Origin: Candidatus Heimdallarchaeota archaeon
GTDB lineage: Archaea > Asgardarchaeota > Heimdallarchaeia > Heimdallarchaeales > Heimdallarchaeaceae
Assembly (NCBI GenBank): GCA_030668875.1
Contig: DAOVER010000003.1
Span: 3,395-67,394 of the forward strand
Length of the DNA: 64,000 nucleotides
Direction: 5' to 3'
Below the pieces are notes generated by a model. It saw only the letters and a program-made list of their open reading frames with translations. It did no database searches and was not told the DNA's origin. Positions 49,627 through 59,809 of the stretch are shown one piece after another. Positions within the stretch are counted from its first letter, which is position 1. Every line of letters begins with the position of its first letter. The position numbers and the translations under genes are program-made.

Positions 49627-49788
49627 GTAACAACTCTTCCTCCTTTTTTTCCTTTAATATATCTCTAACCACAACGGATAATTTTCAAAATTAATTCTAT
49701 CTTGTTGAATGCAGAAAATTTTCGTGAGAAACATGATCTTTCAATTCGTAATAAGTAAGTTTTTTAGAAACGATGCGTTTTGTGAAGT

Positions 49789-50340
49789 GTGACCAACTCT
49801 GAATTCATTTTCAAAATCACTCTTATTGGTGACGGTGCCGTAGGTAAAACTTCTATTCGTCATCGTTACATGGGTTATGGTTTCAAAGAGTCACATTTGA
49901 TGACTTTAGGTGCAGATTTCAGTGTGATTGATAAGGAATTTAGAGAAGGTGAAACTTGGACTTATCAGATCTGGGACATTGCCGGACAGAAAATATTCGA
50001 AGAAATCAGGTCTAGATTCTATAAAGGTAGTATGGGTGCATTGGTCGTTTTTGACGTGACTGATAAGCAAACACTCCGTAATTGTCTTTCTTGGGTTAAG
50101 GAACTTTATCGTTTTTCAGGTAGTGATGCAATACCTGTTGTTTTATTAGCTAACAAATCTGATTTACGAAATCGCAAAAGTGTTGATATGAAAAAGGCTC
50201 ATAAGTTTGTGAAGATTCTAAATGAAGGAACAGCTAGTTATGGTTTTACTAATCATGTTCTAGAAACAAGTGCAAAAACAGGACTTAACATTGAAACAGC
50301 TTTCAAGTTGCTAGGTGATGCAATCCGGGCAAGATTTTAA
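49789..50340 (+). CDS. Ras-superfamily small GTPase (Rab/Ras-like)
   Basis: G1 LIGDGAVGKTS, G2 Thr in LMTLGADF, G3 WDIAGQ, G4 NKSDL, G5 ETSAK. Confidence 0.8.
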   Translation: MTNSEFIFKITLIGDGAVGKTSIRHRYMGYGFKESHLMTLGADFSVIDKEFREGETWTYQIWDIAGQKIFEEIRSRFYKGSMGALVVFDVTDKQTLRNCLSWVKELYRFSGSDAIPVVLLANKSDLRNRKSVDMKKAHKFVKILNEGTASYGFTNHVLETSAKTGLNIETAFKLLGDAIRARF

Positions 50341-50407
50341 TATTGTAATGATAAGAACGTTTTTGAAAGGAAAAATATTTAGTTAAATTGTTAGGGTAGT
50401 CTTATTT

Positions 50408-50971
50408 ATGGCTTACAAGATTCTTATACTTGGAGATTATGGTGTCGGAAAAACATCTCTTTACAATTACTACAAAGATAATGCTCCTGAAGCACAAGAA
50501 AAACCTGCTTTAAAGGTTAAATTACTTGAAATAAACAGAAGAATAGATGGAGAAGAAACTATCATTCATCTTTGTGATATCCCTGCTAAAGAATTATCTC
50601 CAATTAATAGACCCAAATTATATAAAAGAACTGTAGGAGCAATAATTTTGTTCGATATTAGTCGTCCAGATACTTTTAGACATGCACTATTTTGGATAGA
50701 AGAACTAATGAATTACAATGGTTTTGGTAAAGTTCCTATTGCTTTGCTAGGTAATAAAACCGATATAAGACATTCAAGTGAAAGAGTATTGAACCCCATT
50801 GATGCACAACAATTTATCTATAGATTAAACCGTTCCGCTAAAGCTTCAGGAACTAATATTGACAGCTCCTTCCATGAAATGTCAACAAAAGCAAAAGAAG
50901 CAAAAGGTTTGTTAGGTATTCTTGACCAGCTGATTAGAGCAATTATCAAACATAATGTTGAGAAGAAATAA
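50408..50971 (+). CDS. Divergent small GTPase (P-loop and NKxD present, switch II degenerate)
   Basis: ILGDYGVGKTSL, GNKTD and EMSTKA, but DxxGQ is replaced by LCDIPAKE. Confidence 0.55.
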   Translation: MAYKILILGDYGVGKTSLYNYYKDNAPEAQEKPALKVKLLEINRRIDGEETIIHLCDIPAKELSPINRPKLYKRTVGAIILFDISRPDTFRHALFWIEELMNYNGFGKVPIALLGNKTDIRHSSERVLNPIDAQQFIYRLNRSAKASGTNIDSSFHEMSTKAKEAKGLLGILDQLIRAIIKHNVEKK

Positions 50972-50983
50972 AAGCGTGTTTTT

Positions 50984-51565
50984 ATGTATCCCCTCGCTCA
51001 TATAGGTTACACATTATTTCTTGTAGAATTAGTTTTTATTTTCACTTATATTTTCCAAAAACTGAGAAATAGAGATCGAGTTACAATTCAATGGGGTATT
51101 AGATATGTTTCTTTGTACGCATTGTTATTGGGGTCATTAGGTCCTGATATTATAGACAAAGCAATATCCTTACCAATTACGGGAAATGGAAGATATGTTG
51201 GGCATTCTTTGCTCTTTAATGTAGTAATTTCGCTGAGTGTTCTTGCAATATTCTGGAAAAATAAACGAATCTGGATAGGATTCATTGTTGGATGGCAAAT
51301 GCATATTCTCTTGGATTTAGGTGGTTTCATACCTTGGTTATTTCCATTCGTAAACTATGAATTTCCAGAGAGAGTACATACATTTTGGGAAATGCTCCAA
51401 CTTCCTTCAGTTTATCTCAATGAGATATTCGGTTCTTTATGTTTGATTCTTCTGATTATGCTTTATTTACATAGAAAAATACCTGTACGAAACATGCTAA
51501 AAGAGGATTTCTTTAAACACCCTTCTTATCTCAAACCTATCGACAAAAATGGGAAAAATATTTAG
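50984..51565 (+). CDS. Membrane protein, possibly DUF457/YdjM-like metal-dependent hydrolase
   Basis: N-terminal MYPLAHIGYTLFL and several His residues in TM context; weak. Confidence 0.25.
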   Translation: MYPLAHIGYTLFLVELVFIFTYIFQKLRNRDRVTIQWGIRYVSLYALLLGSLGPDIIDKAISLPITGNGRYVGHSLLFNVVISLSVLAIFWKNKRIWIGFIVGWQMHILLDLGGFIPWLFPFVNYEFPERVHTFWEMLQLPSVYLNEIFGSLCLILLIMLYLHRKIPVRNMLKEDFFKHPSYLKPIDKNGKNI

Positions 51566-52730
51566 GGTAGATTCGATTATAGGATTCATGGATTCTTATG
51601 TTAAAAAGATTAGAGAAGAATCACCCACATTACAGAACCACATTTATCTTAACCATGCTTCAACTGGACCCTTACATGGTCTAACTTTAGAAGCTCTCAA
51701 AAAATTCTCCCTTCACTGGGCAGAGTCAGATTTTGAAGAAGTTGATGCAGCCTGTAAAAATGTTAAAACTCAATTTGCTAAATTGATTAACGCTTCAGCT
51801 GAAGAAATTGTTTTTACTCCTGATGTTACTCATGGGACAAAACTAGCTGTGAATATGCTAGAATATGACGAAAAGAGCAATATTGTTTGTTACTGGAATG
51901 ACTATCCTGGGCAAGTTTACGAGGCACTATATCTAAAAGAGAAAAAAAATGTTGAATATCGACCTGTTCCAGATAAAAAGAATGAGATATTAGTTGAGGG
52001 ATTTGCTGATAGAATAGATAAAAACACGAAAATAGTACTACTATCCCATGTTCAATGGCTCTCAGGTTATAGATCAAACGTGAAAGAAATAGCGAAAATA
52101 GCACATGAAAACGGAGCATACATTTTAGTAGATTCCATTCAATCCACTGGTGCTTTAGTTAATGATGTGAAAGATTGGGATATAGACTTTCTAACTTGTG
52201 GAGTTGCTAAATGGTTACTAGGACCCAATCACAAAGGTCTATTTTACATCAATAAGAAATTGATTGATGAATTTTATCCCCCCTTTGCAGGATACCATGG
52301 AACGGATTTAGGATCACGGGAGGAACCTTACTGGAATGTAAACAAATTAGAATTCTTACCTTCAGTTGATAAATTCATGGATACAAACCCTGGAACCTTG
52401 TTATATTATGTTGCAGATGCAGGAATGAAAATACTTCTAGACTATGGTGCAGATAAGATAGAGGAAAGAATAATGCAACTAACTGATTACTTATTTGAGA
52501 AACTAGAAGAGCTGAAAAATACTGAATTAATAACTTCAAGAAATGAAGAGAATCGATCAGGAATAGTTAATGTACGAATTCAAAATAACGTTGAAATAGT
52601 TAAGAAATTGAAAGAGAAGAAAATGATTGTATCGAGTCGCTATGGTGGAATAAGAATAAGCCCTCACTTCTATAACATCGAGGAAGATATAGATAGTTTA
52701 ATTGAACTGATAAAACAACATCAAAGTTAG
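51549..52730 (+). CDS. Class V aminotransferase / cysteine-desulfurase-family PLP enzyme
   Basis: NHASTGPL; LVDSIQSTGAL..DFLTCGVAKWLLGPNHKGLFY (PLP-Lys region). Confidence 0.6.
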   Translation: MGKIFRVDSIIGFMDSYVKKIREESPTLQNHIYLNHASTGPLHGLTLEALKKFSLHWAESDFEEVDAACKNVKTQFAKLINASAEEIVFTPDVTHGTKLAVNMLEYDEKSNIVCYWNDYPGQVYEALYLKEKKNVEYRPVPDKKNEILVEGFADRIDKNTKIVLLSHVQWLSGYRSNVKEIAKIAHENGAYILVDSIQSTGALVNDVKDWDIDFLTCGVAKWLLGPNHKGLFYINKKLIDEFYPPFAGYHGTDLGSREEPYWNVNKLEFLPSVDKFMDTNPGTLLYYVADAGMKILLDYGADKIEERIMQLTDYLFEKLEELKNTELITSRNEENRSGIVNVRIQNNVEIVKKLKEKKMIVSSRYGGIRISPHFYNIEEDIDSLIELIKQHQS

Positions 52731-52826
52731 CGTGATATTTCTTTCTCTTTGTATTTTTAATTTTTATCTCTACTACAAAAATTTTTTAAGGCAGAGCTAA
52801 AATCCTATTTTAAAGCGTTCATTTTA

Positions 52827-55715
52827 ATGAAGAAAGTGTCTATTATGCTAAAGAAGAAGAAAACAGAAATGGAATCTGAATTAGTACAAGAAGTAACGCC
52901 GTGGCACAGTTTTGAGACACAAGAAGTCTTTAAACAATTAGATACAAACGAAAAGGGTCTAAGCAACAATGAAGTTGTTACTAGACTTGAGAAGTTTGGA
53001 CCCAATATGATCACAATTTCAGAGCGTTTCAAAATACTAAAAATGATTGTGGGGCAGTTTACTAATTTCTTAGTAATGCTGCTTATTGTCGCAGGAACTA
53101 TCAGTCTAGTGCTAGGATTAATTGGAGCAGGGGAAGCGGGAACATCCGAAATAATTGATGCAATAGCGATTTTTACTATAGTTGTTATTAATGCGATAAT
53201 AGGATTCGTTCAAGATTATAGATCTAATCAAGCATTAGAGAAATTGAAAGAATATTTCGAACAAGATGTAATAGTAGTAAGGGAAGGGAAAGAAAAAGTT
53301 GTACACAGTAGTGATCTTGTTCCAGGAGATATAATTCGATTAGAGGTTGGAGAAAAAATACCGGCAGATTGTAGATTACTCGAGGCTAACAGCTTCAAAG
53401 TAGATGAAGCAGCATTAACAGGTGAATCATCTTCAGTAACAAAAAACCTTGATATAGTTCCAGTAGAAGCAAGAATTCATGATAGAAAGAACATGATTTA
53501 TTCAGGAACAACTTGTGTATATGGAAGAGGAGAAGCAGTTGTTGCAAATACAGGTATGAGAACCGAGATGGGGAGAATAGCTGAATTAACACAAGTGAAA
53601 GAGGAGCTAACCCCATTACAAGAAGCATTAGATAAACTAGGGAAAGTTTTAGGAATTATTATTCTAATACTCTGTGCACTAGTCATGGGAATTGATTGGT
53701 TGTGGTTAGGAGAAAGTTTTCTAGAAAGTTTTGAGACTGCAGTTGCTCTAGCAATTTCAGCAGTTCCAGAAGGATTACCAGCAGCTATTGTCATCACACT
53801 TGCAATAGGTGTTTCAAAGATGGCAAAGAAAAATACTATCGTCTCAAAATTACCAGCTGTTGAAACACTAGGCTCAGTAGATTATATCTGCAGTGATAAA
53901 ACAGGTACATTAACTCGTAATGAAATGACAGTTAAGGAAATATGGACGATTGATGGACTGTATGAAGTTGAAGGTTCAGGTTATCTGCTAGATGGAGATT
54001 TCATTAAAGATGGAAAGAAAGTTAATCCAATGGAAATACCAACGTTGAAAACAGTGCTACAAACAAGTTATCACTGTAATAATTCAGCTGTTATAAGAGA
54101 GGGCGACAGAATAAGCATCAAAGGAGACCCAACAGAAGCAGCTATGCTTGTAGCAGCAGAAAAAGGTGGATTTTCAGAAGAAATGTTGTTGAAAATGGAA
54201 CATGAAATATTCTTTGATTCAGATAGAAAAAGAATGACAACAATTCATGATGAAAAAGGAAAGAAATACGCTTTCATGAAAGGAAGTCCTCCAGTTGTTC
54301 TTACAAGATGTAATTCAGCAATGAAGAAAGGCAAAGAAAGCATGATGACTAAAGCTATAGAACAAGAAATAATTAAATCTAATCTTGCTCTTGCAGAAAA
54401 AGCACTAAGAGTATTAGCAGTTGCCTATAGAGAATTACCAAAAAATTATGATAAGACAAAAAACGATGAAATAGAAGATGATATGATATTTCTAGGTCTA
54501 GCAGGAATGATTGATCCACCAAGACCAGAAGTAAAAGATGCTATAGAAGAATGTAGAATGGCAGGAATTACTACTGTAATGATAACTGGTGATCAAGAAG
54601 CAACAGCAGTTGCAATCGCAAAGGAGGTTGGTCTTATAGAATCAGATAAGCATTTGGTAGTGAGCGGTGAAAAATTCTCTCTTATGACAAATGAAGAATT
54701 AATCGAAAAGATCGAGAATATAAGAGTTTACAGCAGGATGAGTCCAAAAGACAAATATCGCGTAGTAGAAATATTACAAGAAAAAGATCATGTTGTTGCA
54801 GTAACAGGAGATGGTGTCAATGATGCGCCAGCATTAAAGAAAGCAGATATCGGTGTAGCGATGGGAATAACTGGAACTGACGTTTCTAAAGAGGTTGCAG
54901 CTATGGTTATTACAGATGATGCATTCAATACCATTGTCGCAGCTGTAGAAGAAGGTCGTAATATCTTTGAGAACATGAAAAAATTCATTCGTTATCTCTT
55001 AAGTTGTAACTTCGATGAGATTTTTGCAGTCTTAATAATTTATGCAGCATTCCAAGAACTACCGTTCCTACCTCTACAGATACTTTTCTTAAACTTACTA
55101 ACTGATGCTCTGCCAGCTCTATCTTTGTCTTTTGATCCTTATGATCCTGAATTGATGAAGCGACCACCACGAGGCAAGAAGTCCTCATTTGTAATGGATA
55201 TGTACGCCTTCGCAAGTTTCGCTGGTGTTATAGCTCTTATCGGTTCCCTTGGTATTTTCCTTGTCGGATACCTAGGTATAGGTGACCGAGTTATTACTAA
55301 TTGGGCACATTCGAACAATCAATATTTAGGAGCAGAACAATTCCATGAAGCTAAAGTTGCTTATTCTCAAACACTAGCTTTTGTTGCTACTCTTTCCTTT
55401 GAATTGTGGTTTGTGTTTATAGCTCGAAACGACAATGCAACGTCTTTCCTCAAATCTAAACCTTTTAAGAACAAATACCTGATTGGCGCTGTTGTGCTTT
55501 CATGGATATTACTACTTGGCGTAGTTTATATACCACTATTCCAAGCAACGTTTACTGGATTTAAGGAAGTTCTCCCTTACTACCTAATTAGTTTGGAAGA
55601 TTGGGCTTATATTATAGGTTTCACTCTTGGTTTGTGTATCTTGTTTGAAATCTTTAGATATGCTCTGAGAACCGAACGTATGGCTGGTTTTGCCAAAATG
55701 GTTGGAATGCATTAA
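52827..55715 (+). CDS. P-type cation-transporting ATPase (type II, Ca2+/Mg2+-like)
   Basis: ICSDKTGTLT phosphorylation site, MITGDQEATA, VTGDGVNDAPALKKA, TGES in the actuator domain; 10 TM. Confidence 0.9.
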   Translation: MKKVSIMLKKKKTEMESELVQEVTPWHSFETQEVFKQLDTNEKGLSNNEVVTRLEKFGPNMITISERFKILKMIVGQFTNFLVMLLIVAGTISLVLGLIGAGEAGTSEIIDAIAIFTIVVINAIIGFVQDYRSNQALEKLKEYFEQDVIVVREGKEKVVHSSDLVPGDIIRLEVGEKIPADCRLLEANSFKVDEAALTGESSSVTKNLDIVPVEARIHDRKNMIYSGTTCVYGRGEAVVANTGMRTEMGRIAELTQVKEELTPLQEALDKLGKVLGIIILILCALVMGIDWLWLGESFLESFETAVALAISAVPEGLPAAIVITLAIGVSKMAKKNTIVSKLPAVETLGSVDYICSDKTGTLTRNEMTVKEIWTIDGLYEVEGSGYLLDGDFIKDGKKVNPMEIPTLKTVLQTSYHCNNSAVIREGDRISIKGDPTEAAMLVAAEKGGFSEEMLLKMEHEIFFDSDRKRMTTIHDEKGKKYAFMKGSPPVVLTRCNSAMKKGKESMMTKAIEQEIIKSNLALAEKALRVLAVAYRELPKNYDKTKNDEIEDDMIFLGLAGMIDPPRPEVKDAIEECRMAGITTVMITGDQEATAVAIAKEVGLIESDKHLVVSGEKFSLMTNEELIEKIENIRVYSRMSPKDKYRVVEILQEKDHVVAVTGDGVNDAPALKKADIGVAMGITGTDVSKEVAAMVITDDAFNTIVAAVEEGRNIFENMKKFIRYLLSCNFDEIFAVLIIYAAFQELPFLPLQILFLNLLTDALPALSLSFDPYDPELMKRPPRGKKSSFVMDMYAFASFAGVIALIGSLGIFLVGYLGIGDRVITNWAHSNNQYLGAEQFHEAKVAYSQTLAFVATLSFELWFVFIARNDNATSFLKSKPFKNKYLIGAVVLSWILLLGVVYIPLFQATFTGFKEVLPYYLISLEDWAYIIGFTLGLCILFEIFRYALRTERMAGFAKMVGMH

Positions 55716-55811
55716 ACCTCCCTCTCTTCTTTTTTTATTTTTTTTAATAACTTGCATAATGCTTATTAATTCCCATACTGAAATTTGTTCAAAATGGTAA
55801 AGGTATTTTAA

Positions 55812-57851
55812 ATGAAGTTAGAAGAAGGTAAGGTTTGCAGCAAAATGGGAATAGCAGTTATAATCAGCCTAGCTATACTTTCTTCCTCATTACTGAACTC
55901 TGCTCAAGTTGATATTTATGAAGATCATACTGTCATATTAAATGCCATAACTGATGGTATATACATTGATGATGACTTAGATTTTGGTCCTACTGGATAT
56001 AATTTCAATGGTTCCGGAACAACAGGAGATCCATATAGGATTGAAGATTTAACTATTGATACGGAGAATTCCATAGGAATTTTCATTGCTGATGTTAGTG
56101 TCTACTTTGTTATACAAAACTGTTGGATTGATGCTTACGATGTAGGTATTTATATACAAAATGTGCCCAATGGAAGAGCTAATCTCTACAATAACATTTG
56201 TAACCATATTAAAGGTGGGCATGGGATGATAATAAGCAATGTCGAAAATATTACAATTCAAGAAAATAGTTTCATAAATAATTACTTTGGTCTACATCTG
56301 TATGATACTCCAAATAGTAGAATTCTAAACAACTCGATTGAATTCAACACAGAGGGCATATCTATAGATTTAGGCGTAAATTTAATCATTGCTAATAATT
56401 CAATAATATATGGTACAAATACGGGAATTTCAATCCGTGATTCAAATTACACTGTTTTTGAAAACAACGAGATTGAAAATATTGATGGATATGGTGTTAT
56501 AATAGATAATTGTGATTATGCGAACTATAGCAATAATGTGATAAATGATAATTGGGTTGGAATACAAGGATATTCAGTCAGACACCATGTTTTTACTGAT
56601 AACTTCATTTACCTAAATGATTACTATGGAATAATAATATATTATTTAGGATATACAGGAGTTGAACCAAGCGCAAATAATGTTTTTCATCACAATATTT
56701 TCATAAATAATATAAATGATATTCCACCCTGGTTCAACGTAGAATTTCAAGCATATGATACTTCAATAAATAGTCTCTGGTATGATGAAGCAACATTAGA
56801 AGGTAATTACTGGTCGGAATATAATGGGTCTTTACCTTATTACATAATTGCTGGAAGCTATACATTAGATCTGTATCCGTTAAATGGAACAGATACAGAT
56901 GGTGACAATCTAGATGATTTACAAGAAGAGTACGTCTATTTCACAGATTTATATGATAACGACACTGATAGTGATGGGCTAGATGACTTTGAAGAGATAT
57001 TTGTTTATGATACAAATCCAAACAATTTTGATAGCGATTATGATGGACTAGCTGACGGTGAAGAGATTTTAATATACAATACTAATGCTCTAAATACAGA
57101 TACCGACGCAGATGGTTTAAATGATTATAATGAAGTTGTAGTGTATCTGACTAATCCTCTAGATGCTGATTCTGATGATGATTTGATGCCTGACGGTTGG
57201 GAGGTATCCCATTCTCTTAATCCTCTTGTCGATGATGCTGGAGACGATCTTGATGATGATGGGCTTGTCAATCTAGACGAATTTGAGTATTATACAAATA
57301 CTAATTTAAACGATACTGATTCAGATGGTCTTTTTGATGGGGAAGAGGTTCATACTTACCTAACCAATCCAAAAGATTCAGATTCTGACGATGACAAATT
57401 AAACGACGGTGATGAAGTAAATATCTACTTAACTGACCCAGCTGATTATGATTCTGACGATGACAAATTAAACGACGGTGCAGAAATAAATCAATACAAT
57501 ACAGACCCTCTAGATGCTGATTCTGACGATGATTTGATGCCCGACGGTTGGGAGGTATCCCATTCTCTTGATCCTCTTGTCGATGATGCTGCAGGTGATC
57601 CTGACGAGGATGAATTGTCTAATCTTGAGGAATATGAAGAAGGTACAAATCCACATGATCCAGATAGCGATGGAGATACTTATTACGATGGTGAAGAAGT
57701 TAGAAAAGGTAGAGATCCTTTGGATCCTGAATCTCATCCTTTAGCTGATGATATTCGCAACCAAATTATTGGTGGTTCAGTATTTGGTGTGCTATTTATC
57801 GGTGGTCTTACAATCTATATTCTGATTAAAAAGAGGATTATTAGCTTCTAA
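55812..57851 (+). CDS. Cell-surface right-handed beta-helix protein with calcium-binding thrombospondin-type-3-like Asp repeats and C-terminal TM anchor
   Basis: Signal peptide; NxIxNN beta-helix coils; TLEGNYWSEY; about 10 repeats of DxDxDGLxDxxE; near-identical internal 75-bp duplication (57163-57240 vs 57513-57590); C-terminal hydrophobic segment plus KKR. Confidence 0.6.
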   Translation: MKLEEGKVCSKMGIAVIISLAILSSSLLNSAQVDIYEDHTVILNAITDGIYIDDDLDFGPTGYNFNGSGTTGDPYRIEDLTIDTENSIGIFIADVSVYFVIQNCWIDAYDVGIYIQNVPNGRANLYNNICNHIKGGHGMIISNVENITIQENSFINNYFGLHLYDTPNSRILNNSIEFNTEGISIDLGVNLIIANNSIIYGTNTGISIRDSNYTVFENNEIENIDGYGVIIDNCDYANYSNNVINDNWVGIQGYSVRHHVFTDNFIYLNDYYGIIIYYLGYTGVEPSANNVFHHNIFINNINDIPPWFNVEFQAYDTSINSLWYDEATLEGNYWSEYNGSLPYYIIAGSYTLDLYPLNGTDTDGDNLDDLQEEYVYFTDLYDNDTDSDGLDDFEEIFVYDTNPNNFDSDYDGLADGEEILIYNTNALNTDTDADGLNDYNEVVVYLTNPLDADSDDDLMPDGWEVSHSLNPLVDDAGDDLDDDGLVNLDEFEYYTNTNLNDTDSDGLFDGEEVHTYLTNPKDSDSDDDKLNDGDEVNIYLTDPADYDSDDDKLNDGAEINQYNTDPLDADSDDDLMPDGWEVSHSLDPLVDDAAGDPDEDELSNLEEYEEGTNPHDPDSDGDTYYDGEEVRKGRDPLDPESHPLADDIRNQIIGGSVFGVLFIGGLTIYILIKKRIISF

Positions 57852-57939
57852 AATTGTACGAAAATTTTATGAGGTTTAAATAGTCTTTACTCATAGTTTG
57901 TAGTAGCGTTCCTTGTTGGGTAGCTTACACGAAATGGAA

Positions 57940-58020
57940 AAAAGCGAAACTGTAACTCATTAGCGTGCTAATGACGGGCAGTGTAGGAGAGACCGTGGCG
58001 GTCCCATTCAGTCGTCTGTA
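57940..58020. other. GC-rich hairpin-forming segment in the convergent intergenic region (possible small RNA or termination structure)
   Basis: cattagcgtgctaatg is a perfect hairpin, followed by gagaccgtggcggtccc; no tRNA or C/D-box signature recognised. Confidence 0.2.
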
Positions 58021-58097
58021 ATAAACAACTGATAAAGTTGGTTGTACAAAACTAGCATGCCATAAGAATTAAGAGGTAATCTCTCTTCTTTTTCTTA

Positions 58098-58658
58098 CTA
58101 GATACCTAATCTCATGTAAATCTTACTTATCAAATTTTGAAAAGAATTATCTACATTTTGTCCTGATAGTGCTGATGTTTCTATGTAATCTACTCTTAAT
58201 CCTCCCCATTGGGATAAAGTTTCAGCATAAGCCATTGCTGATAGTTTGTCAACTTGCACCTCTGCTGGAGTAGTTGCTCTTAGATCTGATTTATTTCCTA
58301 CTATCATCATAGGAACAAGTTTGTGATTGTTGTATTTTATCAGTTCGTTTATCCAGTAATCAATGTTGGTAAACGTGTTTGGTCTGGTTATATCAAATAC
58401 GACTAATGCTCCATAAGTACCTGCATAATAAGCTCCTCGTACTTCTGAAAACCTTGGCTGTCCAGCTAAATCCCACAATTGTAAATTAATTACATAATCT
58501 TCAAAAGATACTTGTTTGACAGAAAAATCAGCTCCTATTGTCATCAAATAATTTTCTCTAAAACTTTTTCCTATAAAATTCCTTCTCAGACTTGTCTTAC
58601 CTACAGCTCCGTCACCAATCAAAACTACTTTAAATATTTTTCCAACATCGCCTGACAT
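58098..58658 (-). CDS. Ras-superfamily small GTPase (Rab-like)
   Basis: G1 LIGDGAVGKTSL, G2 Thr in LMTIGADF, G3 WDLAGQ, G4 GNKSDL, G5 ETSAL. Confidence 0.8.
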   Translation of the reverse strand: MSGDVGKIFKVVLIGDGAVGKTSLRRNFIGKSFRENYLMTIGADFSVKQVSFEDYVINLQLWDLAGQPRFSEVRGAYYAGTYGALVVFDITRPNTFTNIDYWINELIKYNNHKLVPMMIVGNKSDLRATTPAEVQVDKLSAMAYAETLSQWGGLRVDYIETSALSGQNVDNSFQNLISKIYMRLGI

Positions 58659-58767
58659 AGTCTACCAAACAATTTAGTGCTGGATAGTATTTATATCTTA
58701 TTGTTATTCAAAAGCAATTCTTCTTCTTTTTTTTGATTTAAAGAAGCTTTTAAAACAGATAAAAATA

Positions 58768-59259
58768 ATGGTAATTCGTGTTGATTTTATGTTAAATGAT
58801 GGTGATTTAGCTCCTAAGTTTTGCTTACTTAATGAATCCAACGAGAAAATCTGTTTGAAAGATTTTCTAGGTAAATGGGTTGTTCTTTACTTCTATCCTA
58901 AAGATAACACTCCTGGATGTACTACTGAAGCTTGTGATTTTACTTCTAGTATCGATGATTTCAATAATCTTGATGCAATTGTTGTTGGTATCAGTCCTGA
59001 TTCTCCTGAAAGCCACCAGAAATTCATTAAAAAATTTTTGCTCAAACACATTCTTCTGAGTGATCCTAAACATGAAATTCTTCAGCTATATGGTGCCTGG
59101 AAAGAAAAAACTATTTACGGAAAAAGTTTCTTAGGTGTTATACGAAGCACTTTCCTAATTGATCATGAAGGTAAGCTCGCTAAGATTTGGATAAAGGTTA
59201 AAGTCAAAGGACATGCTGATGAAGTAAAAGCAGTTATAGATAAATTGCAAATCTCATGA
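58768..59259 (+). CDS. bcp: Bcp-type peroxiredoxin (AhpC/TSA family)
   Basis: YFYPKDNTPGCTTEACDF (peroxidatic and resolving Cys, PxxxTxxC motif). Confidence 0.8.
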   Translation: MVIRVDFMLNDGDLAPKFCLLNESNEKICLKDFLGKWVVLYFYPKDNTPGCTTEACDFTSSIDDFNNLDAIVVGISPDSPESHQKFIKKFLLKHILLSDPKHEILQLYGAWKEKTIYGKSFLGVIRSTFLIDHEGKLAKIWIKVKVKGHADEVKAVIDKLQIS

Positions 59260-59341
59260 AATCTTTTTTTGATTATTTCTTATCTTCCTCCTATGTTCTA
59301 TTTAATCTAATAAATCAAAATGGAATTTTCTATTAAAGCAA

Positions 59342-59703
59342 ATGGTTAGAGAATTTGTTGAAGATGCATCTATGTTAATTGCTATTTTTAGCAAACCAGA
59401 CCTTGATTGTATTGTTGGGGAACTTGAGTATTATCTTTTTGATACTGGAATGGCGACGCTTCAATTAATGTTAGCTCTTGTCAACAAAGGTTTAGTAGCT
59501 CATGCAATGGCTTGTTTTAATGAGAAGATTGCTAAAGAAGTATTTAATATACCTGAAGAGATGAGACTGGTCACCCTTTAGCAGTAGGAAAGCACAGTTC
59601 TAATCTTGAGGATAAATTCGGTAAGAAATATATTGAACAGGAACAAATAGTATCAAAAAGAATGATATTTGATGAATTTGCTTACATTGATTCAATGCAG
59701 TAG
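59342..59703 (+). pseudogene. Nitroreductase-family gene fragment: C-terminal half only, with a frameshift at about 59578
   Basis: ..MATLQLMLALVNKGLVAHAMACFNEKIAKEVFNIPEEMRLVTL stop; after a +1 shift it continues LAVGKHSS..; the N-terminal FMN-binding half is absent and the upstream frame is closed. Confidence 0.45.
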
Positions 59704-59809
59704 TTCAATATTTTGCTAGACTCTGACCCTTAATTTTCTTCTAATTGTCATTATGTAATTCCTTTTTAAGGTAAAACATTTATTATGTTATTAGTTTCGA
59801 GGTTTATCT

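Noticed and set aside
53395-53797. Minus-strand ORFs of 77 and 99 aa inside the P-type ATPase gene
   Set aside because: Fully embedded antisense in a well-supported 962-aa gene; chance open frames.
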